Source: Azolla caroliniana
Lineage: Eukaryota > Plantae > Polypodiophyta
Length of the DNA: 64,000 nt
Reading direction: 5' to 3'
NCBI GenBank assembly: GCA_043228905.1
Contig: JBHGNT010000001.1
Coordinates: 19,096,001 to 19,160,000, forward strand
In this document: in pieces, positions 34,901 through 47,327 of the stretch
How the letters are laid out: every line of letters starts with the position of its first letter
Position numbering within the stretch: the stretch's first letter is position 1
Notes under the pieces: generated by a model
What the model was told of the DNA's origin: nothing
The model's input: the letters and a program-made list of their open reading frames with translations, nothing else
Databases searched by the model: none
Made by a program: the position numbers and the translations under genes

Positions 34901-37077
34901 TCCAGTCTCGTGTGGAGCACCTTGAAGACGGATAGCATCTGATCCTTCATCTTCAATGGTGAGACCCATAGCTTCTGGATGTGGTCATCTATGAACGTCA
35001 CAAAGTACTGCGATCCGGCATGTGACTTCGTGTCCACTTGACACACATCGGTATGCACCAGCTCTAGTGGTGCATTCCATCTCATCGGTGGTCTTGACCA
35101 GAAGGAGGTTCAGTTTTGCTTGCCGGCCAAGCAATCAGTGCACTTCTCAAGTTGCACGTCCTTCACCGGAATGAGGTTGTCTTTGGCAAGCCTCTTCGTC
35201 CCCTTCTGACTCATGTGACACAGACTTTTGTGTCACAGCTCACCGGTAGTGTCAGATGCTACATTCACTTCTTCCCGGCATATCCGGGCATTCATCAAGT
35301 ATAGTGTGTTGATCTTTCGGGCTCGAACCACTATCAAGCTTCCCTTGCTGAACTTGATAACACCGTTCTGGATGCTACCCGTGTAGCCTTCATCATCTAG
35401 CCGACTGGCTGATATCAGGTTCAATCGAACCTCCGGAACGTGTCGGACATCCTTCAACAGCAATTTGCATCCGGTTGATGTCGTCAACAACACATCTCCT
35501 ATGCCGATAATTCGGCATGTGCCTTCATTCCCCATCCGGACACAACCATGATCATTGGCTCTGTAGGATGAGAAGCATTTACGATCCGGTGTTAGGTGGA
35601 ACAACGCTCCGGAATCAACAACCCATGTTGTCTCGTCGTCGACAAGGTTTAACTCATTCTCTTCGGTAATGAGCATCAGTTCTTCTTCACTTGTCGCGAT
35701 CGCCAATGTTCCTTTCCGATCAGGGCCTCTCCGGTCCGAACCGTTTCAGTCCGAACTCTTCTTCGAATCAGTAGTGTCGGTTTCTTTCTCCTTCCGGAAA
35801 TGCCGGCAGTTCTTCTGGAAGTGTCCCGGCTTCCCACAATAGAAGCACGTGGGCCTCCCCCTTGACGTCGACCTCGTCCCCGATTTGTCCCGGTTTTGGG
35901 GACTCCGATATCGGCCTCTTCCCCGATCGTGGTCATCTTTTGTGACCAAGGCCTTCGGATCGGTTCCGGACTCCCGGTCCTTCCGGCGAACTTCTTTATC
36001 AAGCAAGCTTGATTTTACCCTTGCTAGGGACAACTGTTTTCCTTCCGGCCCGGCGTTGCCCAACGTGACAACTAATGTCTCCTAGCTATCCAGGAGGGAG
36101 CCAAGCAGGAGCAATGTGAGTACCTCATCGTCGAGAGGTACTTCCAACGAGGTTGCCTGGTGTATCAGCCCCTATAAGGCATTCATGTGCTCCATCATAT
36201 TGAAGTCGTCCTGGTACCAGAGCCTCACTAGCTTCCAGACTACCAAAACCCGATTAACAACATTCTTGTTCTAGAACATGATGTTGATCTTCTCCCAGAG
36301 TTCATGAGCCTTGCTCTCTTCATTGAAGTTGTTGTACAGGCTAATGTCGATGGAGCATCGGATGTATGTCATTATGTGCATCACCTCCCACACTGTGGCG
36401 TCGATCTTATCCGATCTCTTGTCCCCAAACTAAACCAGCAACCAAAGATCTTTAACCACCAGCATATCCCTCATCTTTGACTTCCACAATGAGTAGTTGG
36501 AGCCGGTGAGCTTGAACATGCCGCTGAACGATTCTTCCATTTCCAATGTTATTCGCTCTGATACCACTTGTCGAGGATTAGCGTGGAATATTGCTCGACC
36601 ACAACCAAGTCTTGAATCACTTCTATGAGAGTGAAACACAGAAATGGGAATTGGAGAGTACACAACGAAAATACATAGGATGTTTACGTGGAAAACCCAA
36701 ATAGGGAAAAAACCACGGGAGCCCACAGACTCCAACTATCACTATGGGAGAAAGGTACAATCAAAGCCTCGGAGGCAATGACCTCGAGCTCTGTATCTTC
36801 CAACCGACGGTTACAACAAAGTATCTCTCTATATCTCACAGACTCTCTCTCTTTGTCGCTCTCTGTACAACAATTACAATAGTATGACAACTACAACAAC
36901 CTTACAAAGTGATTGCCCTAAGTCATATTTATACTTATATGAACTTAGGGCTATTTACAAATATAGCCTCAATAGGCTTACTCAAAACATATTTACAGAT
37001 ATGTCTTCTCTTCCGGTTCTCACCGGGTCCTCTTTATTCATCACCGGATCCCATCTGTAGAGACCGAATTCCAACCA
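31949..37077 (-). mobile_element. Full-length Ty1/copia element 4 (Tnt1/Tork-like)
   Basis: LTRs 31949-32457 and 36569-37077, TSD CCCTC, PBS TGGTATCAGAGCG, PPT GAAGGGGGAGA, gag-PR-INT-RT-RH with stops. Confidence 0.95.
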
Positions 37078-37331
37078 CCCTCATCGATCCCAATTTCGGC
37101 AATACTCAGCCTGACATTCCAACTCAATTGGAGTCGGAAATTCGCAACATTGCACCATAATCAGAATCGACACAGTAGAGATCAATCTTCTGAGTGGCTC
37201 TACACTACTACTACACAATGTTTGACATGTACTGGAGCTCTCAAGACCTTTGATCTCAATCGGACAATTGGACGAAGACGGCATGGCATCTATGTCGGCT
37301 TCTCATCAGGAGGGTGGACACTCCACAGTGG

Positions 37332-40300
37332 TGTGAAAGTGTTTTTAGAATTCAAGGTATTGAAGTCTAAAAGAATATAAGGTATCATGTGTTCATATCC
37401 GGAGGGCAAGATCATGAACCAAGGTCTCAAGGATAAGTCAAACTAAAAGCAAGAAAGGTGGAGAAAAGTAAAAGAATAAAAAAGCGGGCCACCAAAACAC
37501 AATCTACAACGAACGATCATAACTCATTCTTTTGGAAACCAAATATAATGTGCAAATATGGGTTAGAAAGCTTGTGAAGAGAGCTATCCATAACTTTTTA
37601 AATCTCTAAATTTTGAGCCCGGACGAGGGAGATATGAAGATTTGAATATTGTTGTGTCATAGATAAGAATAGGACTCGATGAAAACTCTAAAAAAAGCAT
37701 AAAAAGAAAGCAAGGGAAGCTTATCCAGTGGAAGAGAACTTTATATAAAGGAAGAAGAGTAAGGTGGTGGGAGAGTCTCTTTCTTGTGATGTTTTCTTGC
37801 CTATTCACGTAGTGTTGGTTGAGTTGTTATTAATTTATCCTTGTAGACCTGGATTTATGTATCTTCTTTCTCTCTTCCTTCCATCATAATTATTCATTAG
37901 TAATAGATCTTTGTGGTTTTGGGTTTGTTTATCGTCCTTATCTCTCCTTTCTATCATCTCTACCTCTATCATTTTTTGGCACTCCAAGGAGGGACGATCC
38001 TTTTCGTATAACAGGAGGAACGGTTGTCCACTCATTGATGGTTGGATCTACCGATTCATCATCAAACTGATGGCAAGATATGGAGTTCGCGATGCGACAG
38101 ATCTACGAAGAGAACTTTTCCAATTGCGTATGGTTTCATCAATGTGCTACCTCGAGTATGAGAAGACGTTTTTGGATATATGGTCCACTTGGATTGAACT
38201 TGTTGGAGGCGTTGAAGATGTATACTTCAAGATGCAAAGATTCAAAGTAGGGCTAGATCCATATTTTCAATATGAAGTGCATATGAAGTACCCAAGGTCT
38301 TTCCATTATTTGCTTCGAGTATGTCAAAGTTATGATCAACAATTGAAGAAGTTGTTATTCGGTGAAGCATATGGAGCATCGACATCATATACCATAAATC
38401 CAAGCTATAATAATTGTGGATCGATCATGAGCCAACAACCAGCATACTTGCAATGTCCGATTCAATAGGTTCCCTCATATCATTATTCTAATTTTTGGAG
38501 TTATAATGATGTCTATGAAGGTGATTCCAGAGACAAAGAAGAAGAGGTGATGAATGTGGAGTTCCCCCATATAGTTCACGAGGACAACCATGATATAAAG
38601 AATGATGATGTGAAAGATGAATCCAAGGAGATTGTTATGAGAAGCGATGCTATGGATGGTGATGCCAATGTACATCATGTTGAGGACATTATTGATACAA
38701 CAAGCAATATGGTGGTTAATGATGAATATGTGCAAGATGAAATGGAAGATATGACAGAAAAAGTTGTTGATGGTGAAGTACCCACAAGGGAGTTGCAAGA
38801 TGAAGAAGGTAACTTGGAAGTGATAGTTGGAAATTGGTTTTTGGAGATCAATGCGTGTAAGGAAGCATTGGTAAGTGCCAAGTTGCAGTGTATGAAGGTG
38901 TTCGTGCAAGATTTGTGTTTTGGATTTGCATTGAGTAGCAACAAAGTTATGTGGGCATTAACTCTTCAACAACAATTTGATCAAGAGCCAAGAGAATTAC
39001 TTGTAATGCATGATTGGAGTATCATGAACTTATCACCATCAAAGGATCCACCACAACTAATCAAATGTATAAAGGAGAAGGAATCATCTATCGACAATGG
39101 CAAGCAAGAAGAGGAAAGCATAACAATTGATGAATCTTCGTGGGATAGGGAAAACAAATCATTCCACATGATGTCTAAGGAGGAAGAAGAAGTCATTGAA
39201 GAGAAAAGTATTATCACCCTAAAGGGGAAAAACAAGATGATTTCAAAAGATGTCCAAGGAGAAGAGGATCTTAGGTTTATTTCTCTTCTTTTTAAGTTTC
39301 CAAAGATATTCATAAATGAATATTCACAAATAAGAGTAGAAGGCATCCAACACCACATCAAGTTGGAGGATTTGAAGTTTGTCTCACCTATTGTTGTGGT
39401 TCCAAAGGAGAAAGACATCAACTTTCAACCCTTGAATGATTCAAGCAAACGAGATCTATTTTTGCTTCCTTTTCGAGATGAGATTATAGATGAGTAGAAG
39501 GCACCCAACACCACATCAAGTTGGAGGATTTGAAGTTTGTCTCACCTATTGTTGTGGTTCCAAAGGAGAAAGACATCAACTTTCAACCCTTGAATGATTC
39601 AAGCAAACGAGATCTATTTTTGCTTCCTTTTCGAGATGAGATTATAGATGAGTAGAAGGCACCCAACACCACATCATGTTGGAGGATTTGAAGTTTGTCT
39701 CACCTATTGTTGTGGTTCCAAAGGAGAAAGACATCAACTTTCAACCCTTGAATGATTCAACCAAACGAGATCTATTTTTGCGTCCTTTTCGAGGTGAGAT
39801 TATAGATGAAATGGTCAAACATACAAAACAAGGTAGTGTGGAGAATGTCATTTGCGAAGAAGGAATTCACGCGGAATCAAAGATCAAAGTAATTCAAAAG
39901 GTGACAACTCTGACAAGTCTCAAAGCTTTGAAGGTTTTTGTGCAAAAGGTTCGCTCGCTCAAAAGGTTTATTCATATGTTGACATGCTTACTTCTCTCAA
40001 GAGCTATGTATCACATGGTCCACCTAGTATTTGGAGAGTTGAGGAAGATATAATAATTGTTGTAACCTCTTTCTTTGTGTTGACAAGGAGAAAGATGGTG
40101 GTGGCTATTGTCAATGTGTGTGTGTGTGTGTGTGCGTATGTGTCTAGGACTGTGAGGTTTTTCCTACCGACTAGCAGGGTTTTTACTCACATAATTTGTT
40201 TCTTTTTATTTATTCTCTCCTTCTTTGTCTATAGCCATGAATAAGGTGAAGGAGAATATTTGGTTTTATTAGTAGCTTAGGGTTCACCATAAATGGTTCA

Positions 40301-40964
40301 CCAAGAAGCAAGGGGGAGGGCTAAATGTGAAAGTGTTTTTAGAATTCAAGGTATTGAAGTCTAAAAGAATATAAGGTATCGTGCATTCACATCCGGAGGG
40401 CAAGATCACGAACCAAGGTCTCAAGGATAAGTCAAACTAAAAGTAAGAAAGATGGAGAAACGTAAAAGAAGAAAAAAGCAGGCCACCAAAACACAATCTA
40501 CAACGAACGAGCATAACTCATTCTTTTGGAAGACAAATATAATGTGCAAATATGGATTAGAAAGCTTGTGAAGAGAGTTATCATAACTTTTTAAATCTCT
40601 AAATTTTGAGCCTGGATGAGGGAGATATGAAAATTTGAAGATTGTTGTGTCATAGATAAGAATAGGACTCGATGAAAACTCTAAAAAAAGCATAAAAAAG
40701 AAAGCAAGGGAAGCTTATCCAGTGGAAGAGAACTTTATATAAAGGAAGAAGAGTAAGGTGGTGGGAGAGTCTCTTTCTTGTGATGTTTTCTTGCCTATTC
40801 ATGTAGTGTTGGTTGAGTTGTTATTAATTTATCCTTGTAGACTTGGATTTATGCATCTTCTTTCTCTCTTCCTTCCATCATAATTATTCATTAGCAATAG
40901 ATTTTTGTGGTTTTGGGTTTGTTTATCTTCCTTATCTCTCCTTTCTATCATCTCTACCTCATCA
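37332..40964 (+). mobile_element. Non-autonomous gypsy-derived LTR element F (3.6 kb)
   Basis: LTRs 37332-37971 and 40326-40964, TSD AGTGG, PBS-like TGGCACTCCAAGG, PPT AGCAAGGGGGAGGG; gag-like ORF 37911-38468 and vestigial RT (SPIVVVPK, LPFRDEIID); no PR, RH or INT seen. Confidence 0.9.
39334..39809 (+). repeat. 158-bp tandem triplication of an RT remnant
   Basis: Units start at 39334, 39492 and 39650. Confidence 0.92.
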
Positions 40965-43793
40965 AGTGGGAACCTCCTGCTTGCTCGAGGACCGAAATTA
41001 CACTCATTGTACCCGTTGTACGTCACACTCACAGAGGGTGACTTATTCTTGATCGACATTCCCATGTCATCACTATGGCACGGACGACTCAGACACCTTA
41101 GCAAGGCCGGCATCACGCATTTATCTAGAGCCGGATACATCCCTAAACTCTCCTTCTCTGATCATTAGCTCTGCAAGCATTGCCAGTACGGCAAATAGAT
41201 AGCCGCATCACATCCGACATCAGCACCGAGAGAATCGAGTCCCCTCGATTTGGTCCACTCGGACGTCTGTGGTCCTATGCCACATCAGTCTCTCGGTGGT
41301 GCCTTGTATTTCAGCAACTTTATTGACGACTCGACTCGGAAGGTGTGGGCTTACCCAATTAAAACTAAAGATTGAGTGTTCTCGATTTTTTCCGATTGGC
41401 TTGCTATGGTCGAAAATCAATCCGACGGAGAATTGAAATGCTTTCGGAAGATGATTGCCGCAAACTTGCACCAAGGTCCAAGAAATGTATTTTCCTCGGT
41501 TATGGATCAGATGGCGAAATAGGATACCGACTATGGGACCTAGAGCACAGACAGATCATCCAAAGTTCAATGAGTCAACCATGCATTAATTGGCCGAAAA
41601 GCCGATCGAAGTACGAAGGTTAATTTTCTCAGTTGTGACAACCTTTCACGACGGCCCAACACACAACACAAGGTCGGCTTCACGGGTAGTTGAAACCTCT
41701 AGTACCGACTTGACAGCGTCTGACTCGGAATAGCCGAACAACTCGGCTCTGGACCATCCGACATCGATACTCGAAGCGACCAGTTCAGTCATACCTTGAA
41801 GATCCGAGTGACTGTCACAACCCCCAGAGAGATACTCTCCTAGTATCTTCTTTACGGACGCCGGAGAACTGACGTCATATGAAGAAGCATCGGCTTTAGC
41901 CGATTCGACCAACTGGCATTTGGCCATGGAGTCGGAAATGAACGCAAACAAAACTTGGGACTTGGTCGAATTACCGAAGAATCGACGCTCTCTCCCTTGC
42001 AAGTGGGCCTATCGAGTTAAAGAGACGTCTGATTCGGCCACCCCAAAATTCAAGAGCTAAGGGTTTTCGACAAGAATATGGCGTCGATTTCGACGAAATC
42101 TTCTCACTAGTGGTGAAAATGACAACCCTTAGTGGCAACCGAGAACTTGGAGCTAATCCAGCTAGATGTCAAAACAACATTCCTCCACGGTGACCTAGAG
42201 GAGGAAATTTATATGGAGCAGCCGAAAGGCTTCGTGGTACCAGGCCAGGAACATTTAGTCTATCGGCTCAGGAAGAGTCTATACAGCCTTAAACAAGCAC
42301 TGCGACAGTGGTGTAAGAAGTTTCACGACTTCATCCAATCAGTCGGCTTCTCGAAGAGCGATGAGGACCACTATCTCTTCACGAAAACGACACGAGATGG
42401 GTCACCCATCTTCCTCATCATCTATGTGGACAACATGTTAATCTCTAGTTGGCAAGCCGAAGAGCTTGCCGAACTTGTTTGACTACTACGGTTGAAGTTT
42501 GCCATGAAGGACCTCGGTCCGGCAAGACATGTTCTCGGCATGAAGATTAGTCGGAATTGAAATCGAAGACAATTGTTTCTGTCCCAATCCGACTATATCA
42601 TACGTGTCCTCGAATGCTTCAACATGTAATCGGCAAAATCTACTTCAACCCCGCTCCCCATTAGTCTTCAGCTGTCTCAACAAGACTGTTTGACATCATG
42701 TTCAGAGGGAGAAATTATGAAGTTGGTTCCGTATGCACCGACAGTCGGCTCCCTGATGTATGCGATGGTCGCGACACGACCTGACATTGCTCACGCCGTC
42801 GGAGTTGTAGCATATTCATGCACAATCCTGGCTGATTGCACTGGAATGCAAGCAAGCATGTGTTCAGATATATGGTGGGCACAAAAGACCATGGCATCCT
42901 ATTCGGTCCGAATGACACTTCATACGTAGTCGGATACACCGACTCGAACTTTGCCGGCTGTGTGGACTGTCGAAAATCAACAACCGGATATTGCTTCAAA
43001 CTCGGCAATGGAGCGATCTCATGGAAATCGAAACTCCAAGAGTGCACTGCTACATCAAAAACCGAGGCCGAATACATAGCCGTGTAAGACGCGGCGAAAG
43101 AAGCTTTATGGCTTGAATGGCTAGCATGCACGTTTCAACAAGTCAAATTTGACTCAGCTCCAGTTTTCTACAGCAATAGTCAGGGTGTTGTTGCTCTCTC
43201 GAAAAATCTGGTTCATCACAACGCCTCCAAGCATATCGATGTTCGATATCACTTTTTTCGAGACTACGTCATTTTAGGTAAAATCGGCCTTGAGAAGATA
43301 CCTACAACCGATAATGTCGCAGATGGGATGACGAAGTGTCATTCGGCGGATCAATTTTCAATCCCTTCGGCACCAAATGGGCATAACAAAGAATCAGTCT
43401 AATTAAGTCAAACACTTAGGATGTTTTTCAAACAATCGACTTCAATAGTTCGAAGTTCGGTTAGTCTCTTTGACCTCGGCCAATTCGGCCTTTTGTTGAA
43501 TCTCAAAGTTCACCAATTCGAATGAAATTTCGATTTGCTCGAAAACTTTGTACTAATCTGTATTGTACAGTTATTTCTATACTACAGATTCTAGATGTAT
43601 ATGCCCATTACGAGGGAGTGTCGAATACAGGTTTCTAATGGACGTATTCATGCCTGTCCCTTTTGTACACACTAGGTTTAGGCTATTTATGTAAATAGTG
43701 AGAAGGTCAGTTGCCCTAAGTTAGTCAGTATATAAATTGACTTTGTAACCTAGTTTTGTAGTTGCTAAAAATACAATTCATCTTGTGCCCAAC

Positions 43794-43833
<40 letters not shown>

Positions 43834-44279
43834 CATTCTAGTTTCTTATCGCGTTCGGTTGATATTGCTTAGACTCATCAATCTACCTTGATTGTATTTG
43901 TTTATGATGTTCTGTTTAGAAGAGTGTTGATTTGTTTTGCACTAGACGGCCGCGTTCTCAACAACGAGGTTAGGAACTCTAGAAGCAAGGGCAATGACAA
44001 AGACGTGTGGTGCTTCTTAAGTTCCTAACCTCATCACCTCTAGCTCCAAGTTCGTAGCTTCTTAAGTTCCACGCTCTTAGTCCCATCATCTGTGCTCTGT
44101 CCGAGTTCGTGGTTGGGGTGTTTGTGACACAATTGATGTTAATATACATCATGATGAGTTGAGAAGTACCCAAAACTTTATAAGGGATATTCAAGGTATG
44201 TTGCATATTGCACGAGATAATATAAAAACAAGTCAAGATAGACTGCATTTTTATACTGACCATAATAGGCAACCTCGTG

Positions 44280-45191
44280 TATTCAACCCTAGATAGAAGG
44301 TATTACTATGTGTGACTCAAGACTCTAAGACATTGCCTACTGGTATGGGCACTAAGTTAGCACCACTATTTTGTGGACCTTTCATGGTCCTCAAACGCAT
44401 TCGCCATCAACCTATCATCTTGGTCTTCCTAATGGTGTCATAATTCATTACGTTTTTCATGTAAGTCGTCTAAAAGAACTTCTTGGTTCTAGCAATAATA
44501 TAGTTACAACTGAAACTCTGATTACTTCTGAAGGTTTAGCTTCTAAACTACATGTACCAAAGAAAATTCTCGATGTTAAAACAAAACATTTGTGATCTAA
44601 AATAATCCGAAAATTTAACGTTAAATGGATGGATAAGTCTATAAATATGCAACATGGGAACAAGAAAGCACCATTAAAACTAGCTTCCCTAAATTTTGAT
44701 TACGAGGGTGTAATGTTTTAAAGAGGGGGGGAGGGGTATGTTATGGGCATGACCATAATTTATCTCATGGTAGTTTATACCTTAGTATTCTACACACAAG
44801 GATAAAAGCTTTTAATCCTAGGGATTGAGACAACTCTTAAGGGCCAAGTGTGAACTTGCATGGGGGCCTTACGTCTAGCTATAAATATGAGGCCTGACTA
44901 TCCTCATGAACACATTATTCGACAATGTCGGGATTGTGATCTTGTGGTAAGCGTGTGCAAGTAGTAATCAAGGCATCGGTATGGGTTGTTGTTCAAGGTT
45001 TGGGCCTGTTTCTATCCCTTCGTTCAAGTGTAGTCGGGTGGATCGACACCCTTCTTTCTCTCTCTTTCTCGTTACTACCTAACATCTATTTCCTTATTTT
45101 ATGCTTACATTAGAAACAATCTCTAGCACTCCTGAACTTGTTTCGGGTAAAGTGTGCATAGCCGACCACTCTTATTACTTGTGCCCCAACA
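44280..45191 (+). mobile_element. Chromovirus (gypsy) 3' remnant: integrase GPY/F tail, chromodomain, PPT and LTR
   Basis: KLAPLFCGPF..IHYVFHVSRLK..PKKILD..VKW..WE; PPT AAGAGGGGGGGAGGGG; LTR 44739-45191 (TGTTATGGGC..GCCCCAACA). Confidence 0.8.
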
Positions 45192-46140
45192 TCCTATCTC
45201 ACATTGTGATGCATGTGAGCTATTTCGCATGGAAGCAATGGTTCAAATGGCAGACACCAAGATGAGCTCTAACATGGATTGATGTGTACAATTTCCACAT
45301 TCGTTCGACAAAGAAAAAGGTTTCATGGTTTTTACTCGAAAGCACAAAAGGAGTGGAATGTCAACAAGTTTGATGCAGAGTGGCAAAAAAATGTTGCAAC
45401 GTAGTTGGCATTCTCAATTGGCGTTTCGATCCAAAGTGTTTGTTTAAAGAATGGTAATTAGGGGCTTTCTGTTAGGTTGAGCCCTTAAAAGGAGAGGATT
45501 GACATGAAACATATGTTTCTTTTGTATTGTTCACTTGGAAGATAATACAAATGATGCCGTAGTGCACATATCGGAAGTATGGCAAGTTGTGTGTACTTGT
45601 TATTGGATGCCTAGACAATGGGTCTATAGCCAATATGTGCAACATGAACCAAAACATGATCTAGAAACCATATTCTAGTTTTGAAGGTATTTATTGGGGG
45701 GTTGCAACATAGCTGGAACATGCACAATGCGTTCATGTTTGATGGTAGACATGTAGTAAATATGGGGGGATTATTTCTTCATGTGAGTATTTAGATGGCA
45801 CTTGGAAATGCACCCTATCTCCCTTCCTTTCTATGGAGGGCTACAATGATGGTTTTTACATACAATGAGTGAGAAAGAGACAGAGGGGGTGGGTGGGACA
45901 GAATAAAGAAGAGAGAGAGGATAAAACAACAACAGTGTAGTGGAGGTAGCACCACTTCAGTGACACTCCTAATAACTCAATTGTGGTGATACCATCTACA
46001 TGTTGTGGTAAAAGTAGTTTTACTCATATACACATTTATTGAGGTACCATCCATCTATCCATTGTGTTTTCAACAAAAGAAGAAGAGGAGATGGGATAGA
46101 AAGAGCCCCACAAAGAGAGAGAGAGAGAGAGATGCCTAGA

Positions 46141-46270
46141 TGGATGGAGCTCAAATGGTAAGGATGCCCAATGGATGTAGCTCAATCGATAAGGTTGGAG
46201 ACCAGGGGCTCAGTTGGTAAGGTTACCCAATGCAGTCCAGGTGGTCATGGGTTCAACCCTACATTCCACA
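46141..46270 (+). other. tRNA-derived/SINE-like sequence with three A-box-like motifs and a B-box
   Basis: GGAGCTCAAATGG, GTAGCTCAATCG and GGGGCTCAGTTGG, then GGGTTCAACCC; no cloverleaf evident. Confidence 0.5.
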
Positions 46271-46564
46271 TTGGCATCTAGTGATATAAGAGATATCTAT
46301 AGAGTAATAGAGAGAGAGAGAGAGGGAAGATGGGATGGGTAAAGAAGTATGTGTATGTATGTAGAGAGAGAATGTTGTTAAGGAGGAGGAAGGAGATCCA
46401 TCCATGATGGATGGAAATCCACACAAACACTTTGTTTGATTTTTATGACTTAATTTTCTCTTATTTATGTATTTACATAACTTATGCATATGTAAGTAAA
46501 TGTAAGTGTAGCCCTCCATGTAGGCAATCAGTGAGGCACGAAATGGATTGACTGACTTGATTCT

Positions 46565-47040
46565 ATCTATATACATACATACATACATACATACATACAT
46601 ACATAGGAGGTTGGTATGTATTTATTACATATGTATGTATGTATGTGCGCGTGTGTGTGGGGAAGGGAAGGGAAGGGAAGGAGTTAAGTTAATTAAAAAG
46701 GGGAAAAGGAAAAAGGGCAAAGGAAAAAGGTGTGGGCAGGCAGCCATCCCCCCCCCCCCCCCCCCCTCCCAATTTCCCCCAATTCCCCCCCCCCAATCAC
46801 CCCCAATCCCACACACACACGCTCTCCGTCTCTATCTACCAAAGAAAAGAAGAAAGTTAATTAATTGAAGGGAAAAAACACAGACAGACAAAGACAGAGA
46901 CAAAGACACAAACAAAGACACAAAGACAGAGACAAAGACAAAGACAAGAGGAGGAGGAGGAAGAAGAGGAAGAGGAAGAGGAAGAGGAAGAGGAAGAAGA
47001 GGAGGAAGAAGCAGCAGCGATGGCGATGGCGATGGCGATG
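46565..47040 (+). repeat. Microsatellite-rich promoter/5'UTR of the acyltransferase gene
   Basis: (ATAC)n, poly-C tracts, (CAAAGA)n, (GAGGAA)n and (ATGGCG)n. Confidence 0.8.
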
Positions 47041-47327
47041 GCAGACCTGGCTTCTGTCATCGGCGTCTCGCCTGCCGTCTTCCAGTTCCTCGTAGCGTTC
47101 ATTGCGAGCATCCCCTGTAGTTTCCTGTGGCGATTCATACCCTCTCCATCCCTACGCCACTCCTATGCTGCACTCAGTGGCTGTTACCTCTCATACCTTG
47201 CCTTCGGTCCACTTTCCGTCATCCACTTCATCCCCCCCATGCTCATTGGCTATGGAAGCATGGCATGCGCTCGTCAATACTGTGGTCTCATCACCTTCGT
47301 TGCAGCTTTCGCCTTCCTTATTGGCTG
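47020..47327 (+). CDS. LPLAT1: LPLAT exon 1
   Basis: MAMAMAMADLASVIGVS...AFLIGC; GT donor at 47328. Confidence 0.9.

Larger units (their letters stand above)
30157..43963 (+). mobile_element. Ty1/copia element 3, host of two nested insertions
   Basis: 5' LTR remnant 30157-~30229 matching the end of the 3' LTR 43619-43963; PBS TGGTATTAGAGC; gag KFDGSNF from 31015; PR DSGASNHVTP; INT, RT and RNase H at 40965-43400; short purine tract ACGAGGGAG before the 3' LTR. Confidence 0.88.

Noticed and set aside
39334-39809. CRISPR-like array
   Set aside because: Head-to-tail 158-bp repeats without spacers, in a eukaryotic TE; the same applies to 53960-54010.
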